Positions 19,912 through 28,494 of a stretch of DNA of 64,000 nt are shown piece by piece. Made by a program: the position numbers and the translations under genes. Location of the stretch: the IMG/VR virus record IMGVR_UViG_3300037047_000216, positions 1 to 64,000 of that record; one strand, given 5' to 3'. The first letter of the stretch is position 1; every line of letters begins with the position of its first letter. The notes below the pieces were generated by a model, which was not told the DNA's origin, made no database searches, and worked only from the letters and a program-made list of their open reading frames with translations. Origin of the DNA: a virus. Its lineage: Duplodnaviria > Caudoviricetes.

Positions 19912-20415
19912 TCAGGAGCGCCCGCAGACCTCCCGGACGCGGTCGGACAGGGCAGTTGTGCTGTTCAGTTCATCGATGTCTGGGACGATGACGACCTGAA
20001 CCTTGTCCCGAGCCGTGCCCAGAGCCACCTCATTCTCGCGTCCCTCGAACATGTCGTTGCGGAACACGCGGCCCCCGCGGATACCCAGGAGGGTCTCGAC
20101 CACTCGAACGAAATCCTCCACCCCATCCTGGATGTAGGAGAAGGTCACGTTCTTGTTGGCCTCCATGAGCATCCGGCGCTGATACTCGCTCTGGAAGGGC
20201 CGTCCCGGACCTTTCACTCTGCGCACCTCGGCGTCCGAGTCCACCCCCACGATCAGGATGTCGCACCGTCTGCGACACCGCTCCAGGTACCGCTCGTGGA
20301 AATCATGGAACAGATCGAACGTCCCGCTCGTCAGCCCGACGCGCAGTTCCGGATGCGCCGCGATGTAGAGTCCCGCGCACTCCAGGCTCGTGCAGGGATA
20401 CGGATTGATGATCAT
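19912..20415 (-). CDS. cytidylyltransferase-like (RfaE/TagD) nucleotidyltransferase
   Basis: TSGTFDLFHDFH, LIVGVDSD...VKGPGRP, STT. Confidence 0.75.
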   Translation of the reverse strand: MIINPYPCTSLECAGLYIAAHPELRVGLTSGTFDLFHDFHERYLERCRRRCDILIVGVDSDAEVRRVKGPGRPFQSEYQRRMLMEANKNVTFSYIQDGVEDFVRVVETLLGIRGGRVFRNDMFEGRENEVALGTARDKVQVVIVPDIDELNSTTALSDRVREVCGRS

Positions 20416-20437
20416 GGCTCCCCCGTTTCCAGGAGGA

Positions 20438-20465
20438 CTACTCAGGGAATCGTTCGAATGATCCC
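20438..20465 (-). promoter_or_regulatory. phage promoter motif
   Basis: GGGATCATT-N13-GAGTAG; the TAG also serves as stop of the upstream ORF. Confidence 0.75.
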
Positions 20466-20962
20466 ACTCCATGAATGGGGCACGCCCACCGCATCTCTTT
20501 CCCCGCCCGGACACTTTCCGCTATCATGTGATCGATCCGCATGTTGCCGTAACTCTGGGGGTTGGACAGGTTCTTTTCCCCCGGGGTCTTGGCAATCAAA
20601 AGTTTGACTCCCGCGTTGGTCGCCAACTCCTGGGACATCCTGACTACGGCCACGGCCTCGGGGCACTGCAGTTTACGCCCGAACCACTTGAAATATTGGC
20701 ACACGGCCTGAGAGGGTACCTTGATGGTCAGAGCCGAGGCTGAAGAACTGTCGAGTTCTTTGACCGCAGTCGTGATAGCCATCGAAACGGCATACAGTTT
20801 GGCCTGAACGAGACTTTGCACCCATGACGGACAGATGCCCGTTTTCAGAATGCGCTGGGTGTTGTCCCGCACCCAGATAGCCCAGGTGCCTTTGCCATCT
20901 CCGAAACTCGCATCAGCGTAGCCGGAGAGCCAGACCTCGGAGTGGATGTCGTATCGGGGCAT
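20438..20962 (-). CDS. RNase H-like fold protein
   Basis: GYADASF..GKGTWAIW; catalytic set looks incomplete. Confidence 0.55.
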   Translation of the reverse strand: MPRYDIHSEVWLSGYADASFGDGKGTWAIWVRDNTQRILKTGICPSWVQSLVQAKLYAVSMAITTAVKELDSSSASALTIKVPSQAVCQYFKWFGRKLQCPEAVAVVRMSQELATNAGVKLLIAKTPGEKNLSNPQSYGNMRIDHMIAESVRAGKEMRWACPIHGVGSFERFPE

Positions 20963-20990
20963 TCGTAGATCCTTGCCGTTTCCCAAGGGT

Positions 20991-21018
20991 CTACTCTGAG
21001 GCGAGGGTCAATGACCCC
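20991..21018 (-). promoter_or_regulatory. phage promoter motif (variant)
   Basis: GGGGTCATT-N13-GAGTAG. Confidence 0.7.
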
Positions 21019-21291
21019 TCAGTTGGGAAGGATTTGCAGGCGCTTGGCTACCTCGATGATGCGGTCCTTTTTGGAGACCGGAACCCCCAGGCGTTCTGAC
21101 ACGGCATCGATCTCTTCGGGAGTTAGACCAAAATCCCAGATCATGGACTCGTCTGAAACCCAGGCGTCAGGATGGCCCAAGGCAATCAGAACCTGATCCA
21201 CGTAGGGATCAAGCTCTTCAACCTGCGCGGTGTCAGCGAAAATGATCCTTCGATCTCCCACCTTAGTCAATCCCCTCGTTCTCCGTTTCAA
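21019..21291 (-). CDS. hypothetical protein
   Basis: compact operon-like ORF. Confidence 0.55.
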   Translation of the reverse strand: MKRRTRGLTKVGDRRIIFADTAQVEELDPYVDQVLIALGHPDAWVSDESMIWDFGLTPEEIDAVSERLGVPVSKKDRIIEVAKRLQILPN

Positions 21292-21502
21292 ATTTGCGTC
21301 CGTCGTCCTTGTCAGGATTCACGAAGGCATAGGGTCCATGCAAGGAGCACACGGGCGCCCCTTGTACGAACGGCCCCAATTCACCGCACTGAGGACAGCG
21401 CCCTTCTTTGAACCATCTCCGCCGCTCCGCGGATAGTGCCGCGTTTTCATCCGCGGAGAGTTCATCCAACTCAGTGACGGCTGCTCGTCGTGACGTAGCC
21501 AT
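21263..21502 (-). CDS. hypothetical Zn-ribbon protein
   Basis: CPQCG...CSLHG. Confidence 0.55.
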   Translation of the reverse strand: MATSRRAAVTELDELSADENAALSAERRRWFKEGRCPQCGELGPFVQGAPVCSLHGPYAFVNPDKDDGRKFETENEGID

Positions 21503-21514
21503 GGTACCCCCAAG

Positions 21515-21587
21515 TGGGCGCAGGAGGGCTCGAACCTCCGACTTTCTGGATGTGACCCAGGTGCTCTACCAACTGAGCTATGCGCCC
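21515..21587 (-). tRNA. tRNA-Val(CAC)
   Basis: loop GT-CAC-AT. Confidence 0.9.
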
Positions 21588-21745
21588 GTAGGCTGACACT
21601 CCAGTGTGGTGGGTTGGTTTGTAGCAATGGTCTCCGGTGCCGGATCACAGTACGGGCACCCCCGGCTGGGTTTGCCCTTCTGCAGTTTGACCTTGTATTT
21701 GTTGTGGCACTTTGGACACTTCACCTTCTCTACAGGTTTCGCCAT
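21578..21745 (-). CDS. small Zn-ribbon protein
   Basis: CPKC...CPYC; stop is tRNA-Val T8-A9-G10. Confidence 0.5.
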   Translation of the reverse strand: MAKPVEKVKCPKCHNKYKVKLQKGKPSRGCPYCDPAPETIATNQPTTLECQPTGA

Positions 21746-21761
21746 TTCCCCCACACCCCGT

Positions 21762-22805
21762 TCAAAACAGACCGCCCCCGTCCGACCTCCGGACAATGAG
21801 CAAGTACTCCCTCAGGTACTCTGTATTATACTCGCGCTCGGCCTCCTCCCCATCAGATTTGTACCGGGGATACCCTTTGACGTGTACCTCGATACTCTCT
21901 GACGGGAAAGCCTCCGTCAGGATCTCAGTCAGCCGTTCCAGTTTCACTGTACCATCGGAACTATAACTGATGGCGACTAGCGACGCTCTGGTGCGGTTCA
22001 GGATGCCCTTCAAGAATCGTTCTACGGCCTCTGTACGGCCGCAGAACTCACTCCTGGCGTAACCCTCGGGCAGTCCTGTAATGCCCCGCACAACGGGATC
22101 CTGGGGCGCCACGAGGGCCTCGTAGAGATGGTAGTTGGGGGCGTACTCTCGGGATACGTAAGGAGGGTCGATGTAGAGCACGTCCTCCATGTACTGGGAT
22201 CGAAAACCGGGATCCTCCAACAGATCGTGAATGTCCCGGTTGAAAACGACCGCCGTACCATCTCCAGTTGTAGGCTCCGGAGCTACAATCAGAAGGTTGT
22301 GGGCATCTCGTTTCCACGCCTTCAGGTAAGCCCCATGGATCCCAGTGGTGTTTTCCACCTTGCACAGAGCTTCGATCAGGCACAGGTAGAGGTAGCTCTG
22401 AAGCGCTGGATCCTTTACCTGCTGAATGAACGCTCGCGCCGAGTCAACTCGTTTGGCGTTGTCTTCGGTCAGGTACTTGCGTCCCCCTGCCGGGGAGTAG
22501 GAATGGTAGAAATGTCCCTCTCTGGGAGGAAGCTGGTTGATCTCCCCGATCAGGCTTCGTGCCTCCTCCATTTGGGAAAGGGGAACACCGTACCTTCCCC
22601 GGGCAACGTGGGTCGCAAAGGGAAGTAGATCGTTCGAGATCAGTTGGAATCCTTCCTGGATCGCCCGTCCCCCCACAGCCCCACTTCCGGAGCAGGCATC
22701 GAGGAACACGGTTTTCCCCGTAGTCCACCCCAGATCCTGAACATGCCGGAGGATGTGTCGGAAAATCCAGTCCAGAAGGCTTGTTTTGCGACCGAGATAT
22801 CTCAA
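21762..22805 (-). CDS. N6-adenine DNA methyltransferase (D12 class)
   Basis: MRYLGRK, FLDACSGSGAV, YIDPPY. Confidence 0.9.
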   Translation of the reverse strand: MRYLGRKTSLLDWIFRHILRHVQDLGWTTGKTVFLDACSGSGAVGGRAIQEGFQLISNDLLPFATHVARGRYGVPLSQMEEARSLIGEINQLPPREGHFYHSYSPAGGRKYLTEDNAKRVDSARAFIQQVKDPALQSYLYLCLIEALCKVENTTGIHGAYLKAWKRDAHNLLIVAPEPTTGDGTAVVFNRDIHDLLEDPGFRSQYMEDVLYIDPPYVSREYAPNYHLYEALVAPQDPVVRGITGLPEGYARSEFCGRTEAVERFLKGILNRTRASLVAISYSSDGTVKLERLTEILTEAFPSESIEVHVKGYPRYKSDGEEAEREYNTEYLREYLLIVRRSDGGGLF

Positions 22806-22817
22806 ACCCGGGACCTT

Positions 22818-23534
22818 TCAGAAAATGTCGGACAAGTCGGGGAGATCAAACGCCGGGTCGGACTCCTGTTTCACTGGAGGAGCCTCGAACATCGTGATCA
22901 GATCTACTCCATCATCGACTGGTCTGACGTGCCCAGAGAGCGCAGTAGCACAGAATTTGTTTCGATGCAAGGATGTCAGCCCGTGCTGACGGAGGGCCTC
23001 GATGTGGGCGGCACTTCCATACCCTTTGTTGGAGTCCCACCCGTAGGCCGGGTAGTTTTTAGACTCCATCTCCATATAGGTGTCTCTGGCGACTTTTGCC
23101 AGGATGGATGCGGCACCCACCGACCAGTGATTAGCATCGGCTTTGGGCTCGAATCGGGTCGGGACCCGAAATGCGTATTTTGCCCAGATCGCGTTCCCGT
23201 CAATGATGATCTCGGAGATCGGCTCGGTTCCTTCCATCATCTTGTTGATGATGTTGCGGAAACAAGTCTCCGTTGCCCGACCAATTCCGATCCGGTCAAT
23301 CTCTTGGACGGAGGCGCTCTCGATGACCCATTTGATCTCATGGCATTTTCGGAGCGCCGCCGACAGTTCCGACCGTCTGCGGGCAGTGAGTTTTTTGCTG
23401 TCCGTGATCCCATCTACAGGATGGGAGTCGGTTTTGACCAGGACTCCGGCGGCATACACGTCCCCGGCCAGACAGCCACGTCCGACCTCGTCAATCCCGA
23501 GAATGTTCATGTGACTGAAACTCAGTTCTACCAT
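22818..23534 (-). CDS. rnhB: ribonuclease HII
   Basis: GIDEVGRG, DSKKL, IIDGN, KAD..VGAASILAKV.RD, NKGYG. Confidence 0.95.
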   Translation of the reverse strand: MVELSFSHMNILGIDEVGRGCLAGDVYAAGVLVKTDSHPVDGITDSKKLTARRRSELSAALRKCHEIKWVIESASVQEIDRIGIGRATETCFRNIINKMMEGTEPISEIIIDGNAIWAKYAFRVPTRFEPKADANHWSVGAASILAKVARDTYMEMESKNYPAYGWDSNKGYGSAAHIEALRQHGLTSLHRNKFCATALSGHVRPVDDGVDLITMFEAPPVKQESDPAFDLPDLSDIF

Positions 23535-23752
23535 TGCCGGTAGTGTTTCGTCCCATTGATGACGAGGTACGTTCCCTGGTCATCTTCTTCAACGGGACGC
23601 CATTGCCCCCCGATCATGTAGTACCGTTTGCCGTCCCGGTAGTCACAGCCCCCGCACCGGAAAACCGGCCTCATGGAGGCTGCCAGTTTGGCCCGACCCT
23701 CAGGGGTTTGGAGCATCTTCCGGATTGCACTTTTTTTCTGTTCTTCTGTCAT
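23528..23752 (-). CDS. small protein resembling a capsid-protein N-terminus
   Basis: KKSAIRKMLQTPEGRAKLAASM; recalled similarity, not searched. Confidence 0.5.
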   Translation of the reverse strand: MTEEQKKSAIRKMLQTPEGRAKLAASMRPVFRCGGCDYRDGKRYYMIGGQWRPVEEDDQGTYLVINGTKHYRQW

Positions 23753-24701
23753 CGGCTTTCACCTCAGTCCAGCCTATCTCGGGAACCGGCTCAGGTTCAG
23801 GGGGAAGATCCCAGAGTCCTTCCAAGGACTCTGCTGGTGTTTTGTCCTCGTCGAAGTACGACGAAACTTTTGACCATGCATAGGGTTCTTTCGTTTTTTC
23901 GGGTTCAACGGGAACGATCTCCCCCCAAGGATCTACCGTGAAACCGGCTACGTTGATGGATTGGAACAGGGGGCTACTCGGAATTTTCTTTTTTTCTACG
24001 GGGGACTCGATTACATCGCGATTAACAATCGCGAGAGGGGAATACGAGGGGTCGGTAGACTCCGACCTCTCTATGAGAGTTTCTGCAACCACGTCCAAAA
24101 CGTCCATGTTTCCCGACAAGCCGGGTCCCATGTAGACTCCCGGTTCCGGGGTAGTTTTTGACGGGACGTAGTTCAGATCCCACTGGATACGTCCTTCATC
24201 CAGATAGAACCCAGGTTCCAGCCACAATACGGTGAGTTTCCAGTACTCCTCTGACCCGTATTCGAGTTTGGACGACCCAGGTTCCTCGACCGGGAAAAAC
24301 TCCTGGGCCTCTTCTTCCGTTAGCTCGGGGCCTGCATAAAGCGTAGCCGTTTTCCAGCTTTCCTGCAGTTGCTTCTGGATGCGGGGTCCGAGTCGTTCCG
24401 CCGGTTGTCCACAGCCAGCCAGTGCTTGGCTGCCGCGGAGCATGACCATCTTAAACCATTGGAGACGGCGGTCGAGTTCCGCTTGGGACGTGTTCTGGTC
24501 GTCAAACGGTCCCCGCATCAAATGCTCATTGGTCTGAATGACATCCAGGAACACGGGTCGAAGCAGAAGCTGAAGCTCCCCGTCAACCCAAGACGCAAGC
24601 TCCTGTTTGACCAAGATGCGTGCTTGTGCAGGATTGCAGGTTCCGATGGGGACTTTCTGATCAGCGATCCGGGAGAACATACGAATGGTGTGTTTGCTCA
24701 T
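23700..24701 (-). CDS. hypothetical protein with PLMP/RRXRR-like N-terminus
   Basis: KVPIGTCNPAQARILVKQELASW. Confidence 0.55.
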   Translation of the reverse strand: MSKHTIRMFSRIADQKVPIGTCNPAQARILVKQELASWVDGELQLLLRPVFLDVIQTNEHLMRGPFDDQNTSQAELDRRLQWFKMVMLRGSQALAGCGQPAERLGPRIQKQLQESWKTATLYAGPELTEEEAQEFFPVEEPGSSKLEYGSEEYWKLTVLWLEPGFYLDEGRIQWDLNYVPSKTTPEPGVYMGPGLSGNMDVLDVVAETLIERSESTDPSYSPLAIVNRDVIESPVEKKKIPSSPLFQSINVAGFTVDPWGEIVPVEPEKTKEPYAWSKVSSYFDEDKTPAESLEGLWDLPPEPEPVPEIGWTEVKADDRRTEKKCNPEDAPNP

Positions 24702-24829
24702 GGCCGTCTACCTCTCGTCACAAGTAGGGGATACTTGGTGCGGGGTAGATACTCTCGCCCGGAGGCGAGGAAAGGAGGCTCCGAGTGACACACCAGGGTC
24801 AACCACGCAGGACACCATACCCATGAAAC

Positions 24830-24906
24830 TGGTGGGCTCGCTCGGATTCGAACCGAGGACCTCGAAATTATGAGTTTCTTGCTCTAACCAGTTGAGCTAC
24901 GAGCCC
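24830..24906 (-). tRNA. tRNA-Ile2/Met(CAT)
   Basis: loop CT-CAT-AA, Ile2-like body, encoded CCA. Confidence 0.85.
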
Positions 24907-24939
24907 GCACATCAAGATGTTACCCGGGGGAGGGTGGTT

Positions 24940-25515
24940 TCAGCCCCACGAAACCATCAGCAGGTGGTTCTGCCCCCAGGCGAGCAGGCGGTCGAACATC
25001 TCCAGCCGTGTGACGATCATCTCGTCCGAAAGCTCGCCCACGATGAGGCGGGGGGAGGCGGGGATCACCTCCACGTGTACCACGTTGCCCTCGGTGACGG
25101 TTTCGACCCGCTCTTCGCCCATCAGTTCGACACCCTCACGGATGCCGGGGGCTCGGCGCTTGGCGCTGTTTAGGAGCACCAGAAGGCGCTGCCGAATGGT
25201 CGCCATCTGGTCGAGGGTCAGTTCCCCGTAGAGTTCGCCGCCCGTGAAGATGGGCAGCGCGGTCTCGTTCTCGCTGGTGCTCGGGTGGAGAGTCCACTCG
25301 ATGGGCTCGGGCATGGCCGCGAGGCCCACCAGCCCGAGGATCGCGCGGGCGTTTCCGTTGCAGAGGTTGAACTCGGGGGCGTCGCTGACGCGCTCCGACT
25401 CGACGCCGTCATCGCAGTACCCGCAGCGATTGCCCGGCACGCAACCCGGAAAGTCGCAGGGCTTCGTGACCGTGCGGCGCGGAGCCTCGGGACACCAGAA
25501 GGTAACGCTCATCAT
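24940..25515 (-). CDS. hypothetical protein
   Basis: downstream of promoter motif, GGGAGG SD. Confidence 0.7.
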   Translation of the reverse strand: MMSVTFWCPEAPRRTVTKPCDFPGCVPGNRCGYCDDGVESERVSDAPEFNLCNGNARAILGLVGLAAMPEPIEWTLHPSTSENETALPIFTGGELYGELTLDQMATIRQRLLVLLNSAKRRAPGIREGVELMGEERVETVTEGNVVHVEVIPASPRLIVGELSDEMIVTRLEMFDRLLAWGQNHLLMVSWG

Positions 25516-25539
25516 GATCCCTCCCCTGGTTCAAACAAC

Positions 25540-25567
25540 CTACTCTGACCCTGAGGGAAATGATCCC
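25540..25567 (-). promoter_or_regulatory. phage promoter motif
   Basis: GGGATCATT-N13-GAGTAG. Confidence 0.75.
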
Positions 25568-25568
25568 A

Positions 25569-25880
25569 TTACCGGCGTTTCCCCCGCAGGTTGGATTCCC
25601 TGACGGTGATGGACGTACCCGGCGGAACCTTTCGGATGAATTTCAGCGCCCGCTGGAACTCTTCGTTCTCCAGGATGCCCTCCAGGGTATCCAGGCCAAG
25701 CTCTGTGTTCCGGATCTCGTTGTTCCCGAAGAGCACGTGAAACTGCCGGTGGCATTCCCGACAGATTTTCTCTGTCCCTTTCTTGTCCTTGCGGCGCGTT
25801 TTCAGGTGATGTGCCTCCAGGATAGACTGGGGGACGTGGCGTTCACACAGCGGGCACTGAATGAGGTTCTCCGTCTTCAT
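25569..25880 (-). CDS. small HNH-like protein
   Basis: CPLC...EAHHL...ICRECHRQFH. Confidence 0.7.
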   Translation of the reverse strand: MKTENLIQCPLCERHVPQSILEAHHLKTRRKDKKGTEKICRECHRQFHVLFGNNEIRNTELGLDTLEGILENEEFQRALKFIRKVPPGTSITVRESNLRGKRR

Positions 25881-25887
25881 AGGGGTG

Positions 25888-25915
25888 CTACTCTGCGCCT
25901 GGAGGGGATGATCCC
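25888..25915 (-). promoter_or_regulatory. phage promoter motif
   Basis: GGGATCATC-N13-GAGTAG. Confidence 0.75.
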
Positions 25916-26032
25916 GGAGCTTTCGGGGTTCCATATCGGTCGACTGGACTGCGGGATGTGAACACTCGGAGAGCTATGGAAGGACCCCACCCACTCTGGC
26001 ATCCCTCACACCAAGCGTGGTAGGGCGACCCC

Positions 26033-26371
26033 TCAAAGATCAGTTTCCCGTTGACTTTGATCCTGGACGGCATCGCTCTCAGAGAAGGATGCGAGCACCC
26101 GGAACGTGCCAATGGCTGTTGGTCGGTCGAATTCGCGCTGGAAAGCTTTTTTCGAGAGTGGTTCCCCATCCATGAACCGTTTCCAGAAGCCTTTGTCGCG
26201 GGGGCCATTGGGGTAGTACCCCCGCTCCATTTTGGCCCCGTGACGGCAGAAGAGCAGGAATCCTATGGAAACAACCGGAGCCATGACTCCGAGCAGGATC
26301 GGTCCAGCCCAAACGGATGGTACCCCACCCTGTTCTCCCAGCATTGCATAAACGAGCAGCAGGCCCCACAC
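26033..26371 (-). CDS. hypothetical membrane protein
   Basis: hydrophobic N-terminal segments. Confidence 0.45.
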   Translation of the reverse strand: MWGLLLVYAMLGEQGGVPSVWAGPILLGVMAPVVSIGFLLFCRHGAKMERGYYPNGPRDKGFWKRFMDGEPLSKKAFQREFDRPTAIGTFRVLASFSESDAVQDQSQRETDL

Positions 26372-26377
26372 GATGTT

Positions 26378-26695
26378 CTATCCTTGTGCAGAGTTGTCGA
26401 TCTCTACCGTTTTGCCGTAGATGCTGGAACGCCCGACCCAACCATTGATCCGGCCTCGGTTGTTCCCGATTTGGTAACGACTTTGTCTTTCAGCTTTGAT
26501 TAGGTGCAGGTAGTCGTGGCCGGAAACGTGGACGAGAACGATGTCCCCTTTGGCAAGAGGAGTCGTTTCGGTGACGGGATCGAGTGTGACCAGGGCCCCA
26601 CTTTTGACCAGTGGGAGCATGGAATTCCCTTTGGGGCGGATTTGAACGGGGCGTCCAGCACGAAGCTCGGTTTTGGCGTGATCAGTCCAACCCAT
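26378..26695 (-). CDS. S24/S26 peptidase-like protein
   Basis: GNSMLP..KSG...GDIVL. Confidence 0.75.
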   Translation of the reverse strand: MGWTDHAKTELRAGRPVQIRPKGNSMLPLVKSGALVTLDPVTETTPLAKGDIVLVHVSGHDYLHLIKAERQSRYQIGNNRGRINGWVGRSSIYGKTVEIDNSAQG

Positions 26696-26709
26696 TGGTT
26701 ATCTCCAAG

Positions 26710-26946
26710 TTAGGGCTCTGCTAAGCAATGTGGCTGGCCATTGATGGTTTCGACCCGTTTCGCCAAACCTTCTTGAATGGTATTGACCCCCAGAAAACCT
26801 TGGCCTGTTCCTCCCTCTCGGGTAACTCGTCGATAAGGGAAACCGGATTCCTGATTGCCCCCTTTTAGGATGATCATGAGCCAACCCCAAGGGTGGAACA
26901 TCCAGACATCCCCAGGATGCGGTATGCTGAGTGTTTTGGTAGTCAT
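26710..26946 (-). CDS. hypothetical protein
   Basis: AAAGGA SD. Confidence 0.55.
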   Translation of the reverse strand: MTTKTLSIPHPGDVWMFHPWGWLMIILKGGNQESGFPYRRVTREGGTGQGFLGVNTIQEGLAKRVETINGQPHCLAEP

Positions 26947-26963
26947 TTGTTTTTCCTTTTAAG

Positions 26964-27034
26964 CAGGGGCGGCAGGGATCGAACCTGCGATGCAGGAGTC
27001 AAAGTCCTGTGCCTTACCGCTTGGCGACACCCCT
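26964..27034 (-). tRNA. tRNA-Gln(TTG)
   Basis: loop CT-TTG-AC. Confidence 0.92.
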
Positions 27035-27057
27035 ATATCGGGAGTATTACTCCCGGC

Positions 27058-27184
27058 GGGACCTGTTTCAGCGGCCCTGCTTCCCCTATCCCCTAGTTTC
27101 GGCGGGGATCCCTACATCTCGTTTCAGCGATGTGCCCTATCCCTCGTTTCAGCGGGAAGCCCTAACGCCACGCTTCGGCGGCGC
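27058..27184 (-). repeat. array of five tandem hairpins with conserved GCYGAARC loops and AGGG linkers
   Basis: variable, mostly complementary stems (ATCCCC/GGGGAT, ACATC/GATGT, TCCC/GGGA, CGCC/GGCG) around a conserved loop. Confidence 0.75.
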
Positions 27185-27247
27185 CCCCTCTCCCGTAACG
27201 TGGGATTGACGCTGACTACCCCGAGGGGTAGCCTAGAAGGTAGGTTT

Positions 27248-27313
27248 GGAGCAACAAGCCGGATTTGCACCGGCTCGGGGATGGTTTCAGCCGGGTTGCC
27301 CCGGGTGCTGCTC
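27248..27313 (-). ncRNA. tRNA-like RNA: 8-bp acceptor-like stem, one middle arm, T arm
   Basis: GAGCAGCA/TGTTGCTC; AGCCGG-TGCAAAT-CCGGCT; middle arm contains GGCTGAAACC. Confidence 0.55.
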
Positions 27314-27348
27314 ACAACTAGCCATCCCCCGCAGCAGCCCCCGCGTGT

Positions 27349-27831
27349 TCACACGCCGTCGCTGCCCCTAACCTCTGTGGAGCCAGGGGGGATCGAACCC
27401 CCAAAAATCCGACGCATCGTAGCTTCTGCCCTTCTGGTTGTCCTCCGGCTTTTGCCGTAGTTGAGACTGCCATAATTAGCCGTCAGGGAGTGGCAATTAG
27501 GACAAAGCAGCCGGAGATTTCCAGGATGGTTATTCAAACAGTTTCCATCTATGTGATCGACTGTAATGGGTACGAGTCCCGTATGGGGGTTCCGCTCGTC
27601 CCATCCACATTTTGAGCACTTCTCCCCGTTTTTCTCCCTTAGAAAACGATGAAGGTGCCGAGAGATTTGGTCAGATCCTATCGTTCCTGTTTTCAGACCT
27701 GACAGCCAATCGGCAATGAAACTGCGGTACTGCAATTTCATCTGGCACGTGTTGGAACAATACCGACTCCGAAGATTCTCAATCGTTTTCCCACAAGCAG
27801 GACATTCGGGTCTTTGTTTTCGAGGTCTCAT
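27349..27831 (-). CDS. HNH homing endonuclease lying between the halves of a tRNA-Ala
   Basis: CPACG..YCSNTC; CSKCG..TVDHIDGN..NN..GNLRLLCPNCH. Confidence 0.9.
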   Translation of the reverse strand: MRPRKQRPECPACGKTIENLRSRYCSNTCQMKLQYRSFIADWLSGLKTGTIGSDQISRHLHRFLREKNGEKCSKCGWDERNPHTGLVPITVDHIDGNCLNNHPGNLRLLCPNCHSLTANYGSLNYGKSRRTTRRAEATMRRIFGGSIPPGSTEVRGSDGV

Positions 27832-27898
27832 GTAAACTGAGACCAATAGAAAGATTACCGAAGGTCTCCTGTTCGGGACTCCGTTGAGCTATGGCCCC
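27378..27898 (-). pseudogene. split tRNA-Ala (5' piece 27880-27898, T arm/acceptor piece 27378-27402)
   Basis: GGGGCCATAGCTCAA ... GGGGGTTCGATCCCCCCTGGCTCCA, G3:U70. Confidence 0.7.
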
Positions 27899-28225
27899 AA
27901 ACAGGGTCGTGCCCTCCAGACCTGCCCAAGTCGTCGTTCCGTCTGGGATGACTCTGCATCCCGAGTTAGAAAGAGGCACGACCCTGCACTTCTATCTAGC
28001 GAATTTTCTTTTTCATGTCTTCCAGAGCACGCTCGATCACCCGGCGGAACTTCCCGCGCTCCTGTGAGGATGTGCTTCCCCAGTTGCGCTTCCGAATCCG
28101 ATACTGCATCTGGTTGTCACCACGAAGTTTTGAGATCTTGCGCAACAGTTTAGCGGCTCGACCACTCATGATAGCGCATTCCTTTCAGATAAGTCAAAGT
28201 CTCGTTCTTTCGGACGACTCAAGGG

Positions 28226-28298
28226 TGGAGCCAGCCGGGCTCGAACCGGCGACCTCTACCATGCCGAGGTAGCGCTCTCCCAACTGAGCTATGGCCCC
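28226..28298 (-). tRNA. tRNA-Ala(GGC)
   Basis: G3:U70; loop TC-GGC-AT (C33, atypical). Confidence 0.88.
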
Positions 28299-28302
28299 AA
28301 AG

Positions 28303-28494
28303 TCAAGCGTAAGACAGATCCATCCGGACGGCTTCTTCCGGCGTCATTCCTTCTGAGTAGTACCCTTCCCGGAGTTCCTCGGGATCGAAATAGTTCTGGT
28401 ATGCCGCGAGGTTTTCCAGGTCCTCATGGATGTCCGCGTACACCCTGCGATACTCGGACATCCAGGTCTCAAAATCAACGGTCGGTTCGGGCAC
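28303..28494 (-). CDS. hypothetical acidic protein
   Basis: GGAG SD. Confidence 0.55.
   Translation of the reverse strand: MPEPTVDFETWMSEYRRVYADIHEDLENLAAYQNYFDPEELREGYYSEGMTPEEAVRMDLSYA

Noticed and set aside
27058-27184. CRISPR mini-array
   Set aside because: Units are about 25 nt, the variable parts are self-complementary stems rather than spacers, and no cas genes are present
27403-27880. group I intron carrying the HNH inside tRNA-Ala
   Set aside because: No P/Q/R/S core sequences and no restorable anticodon arm
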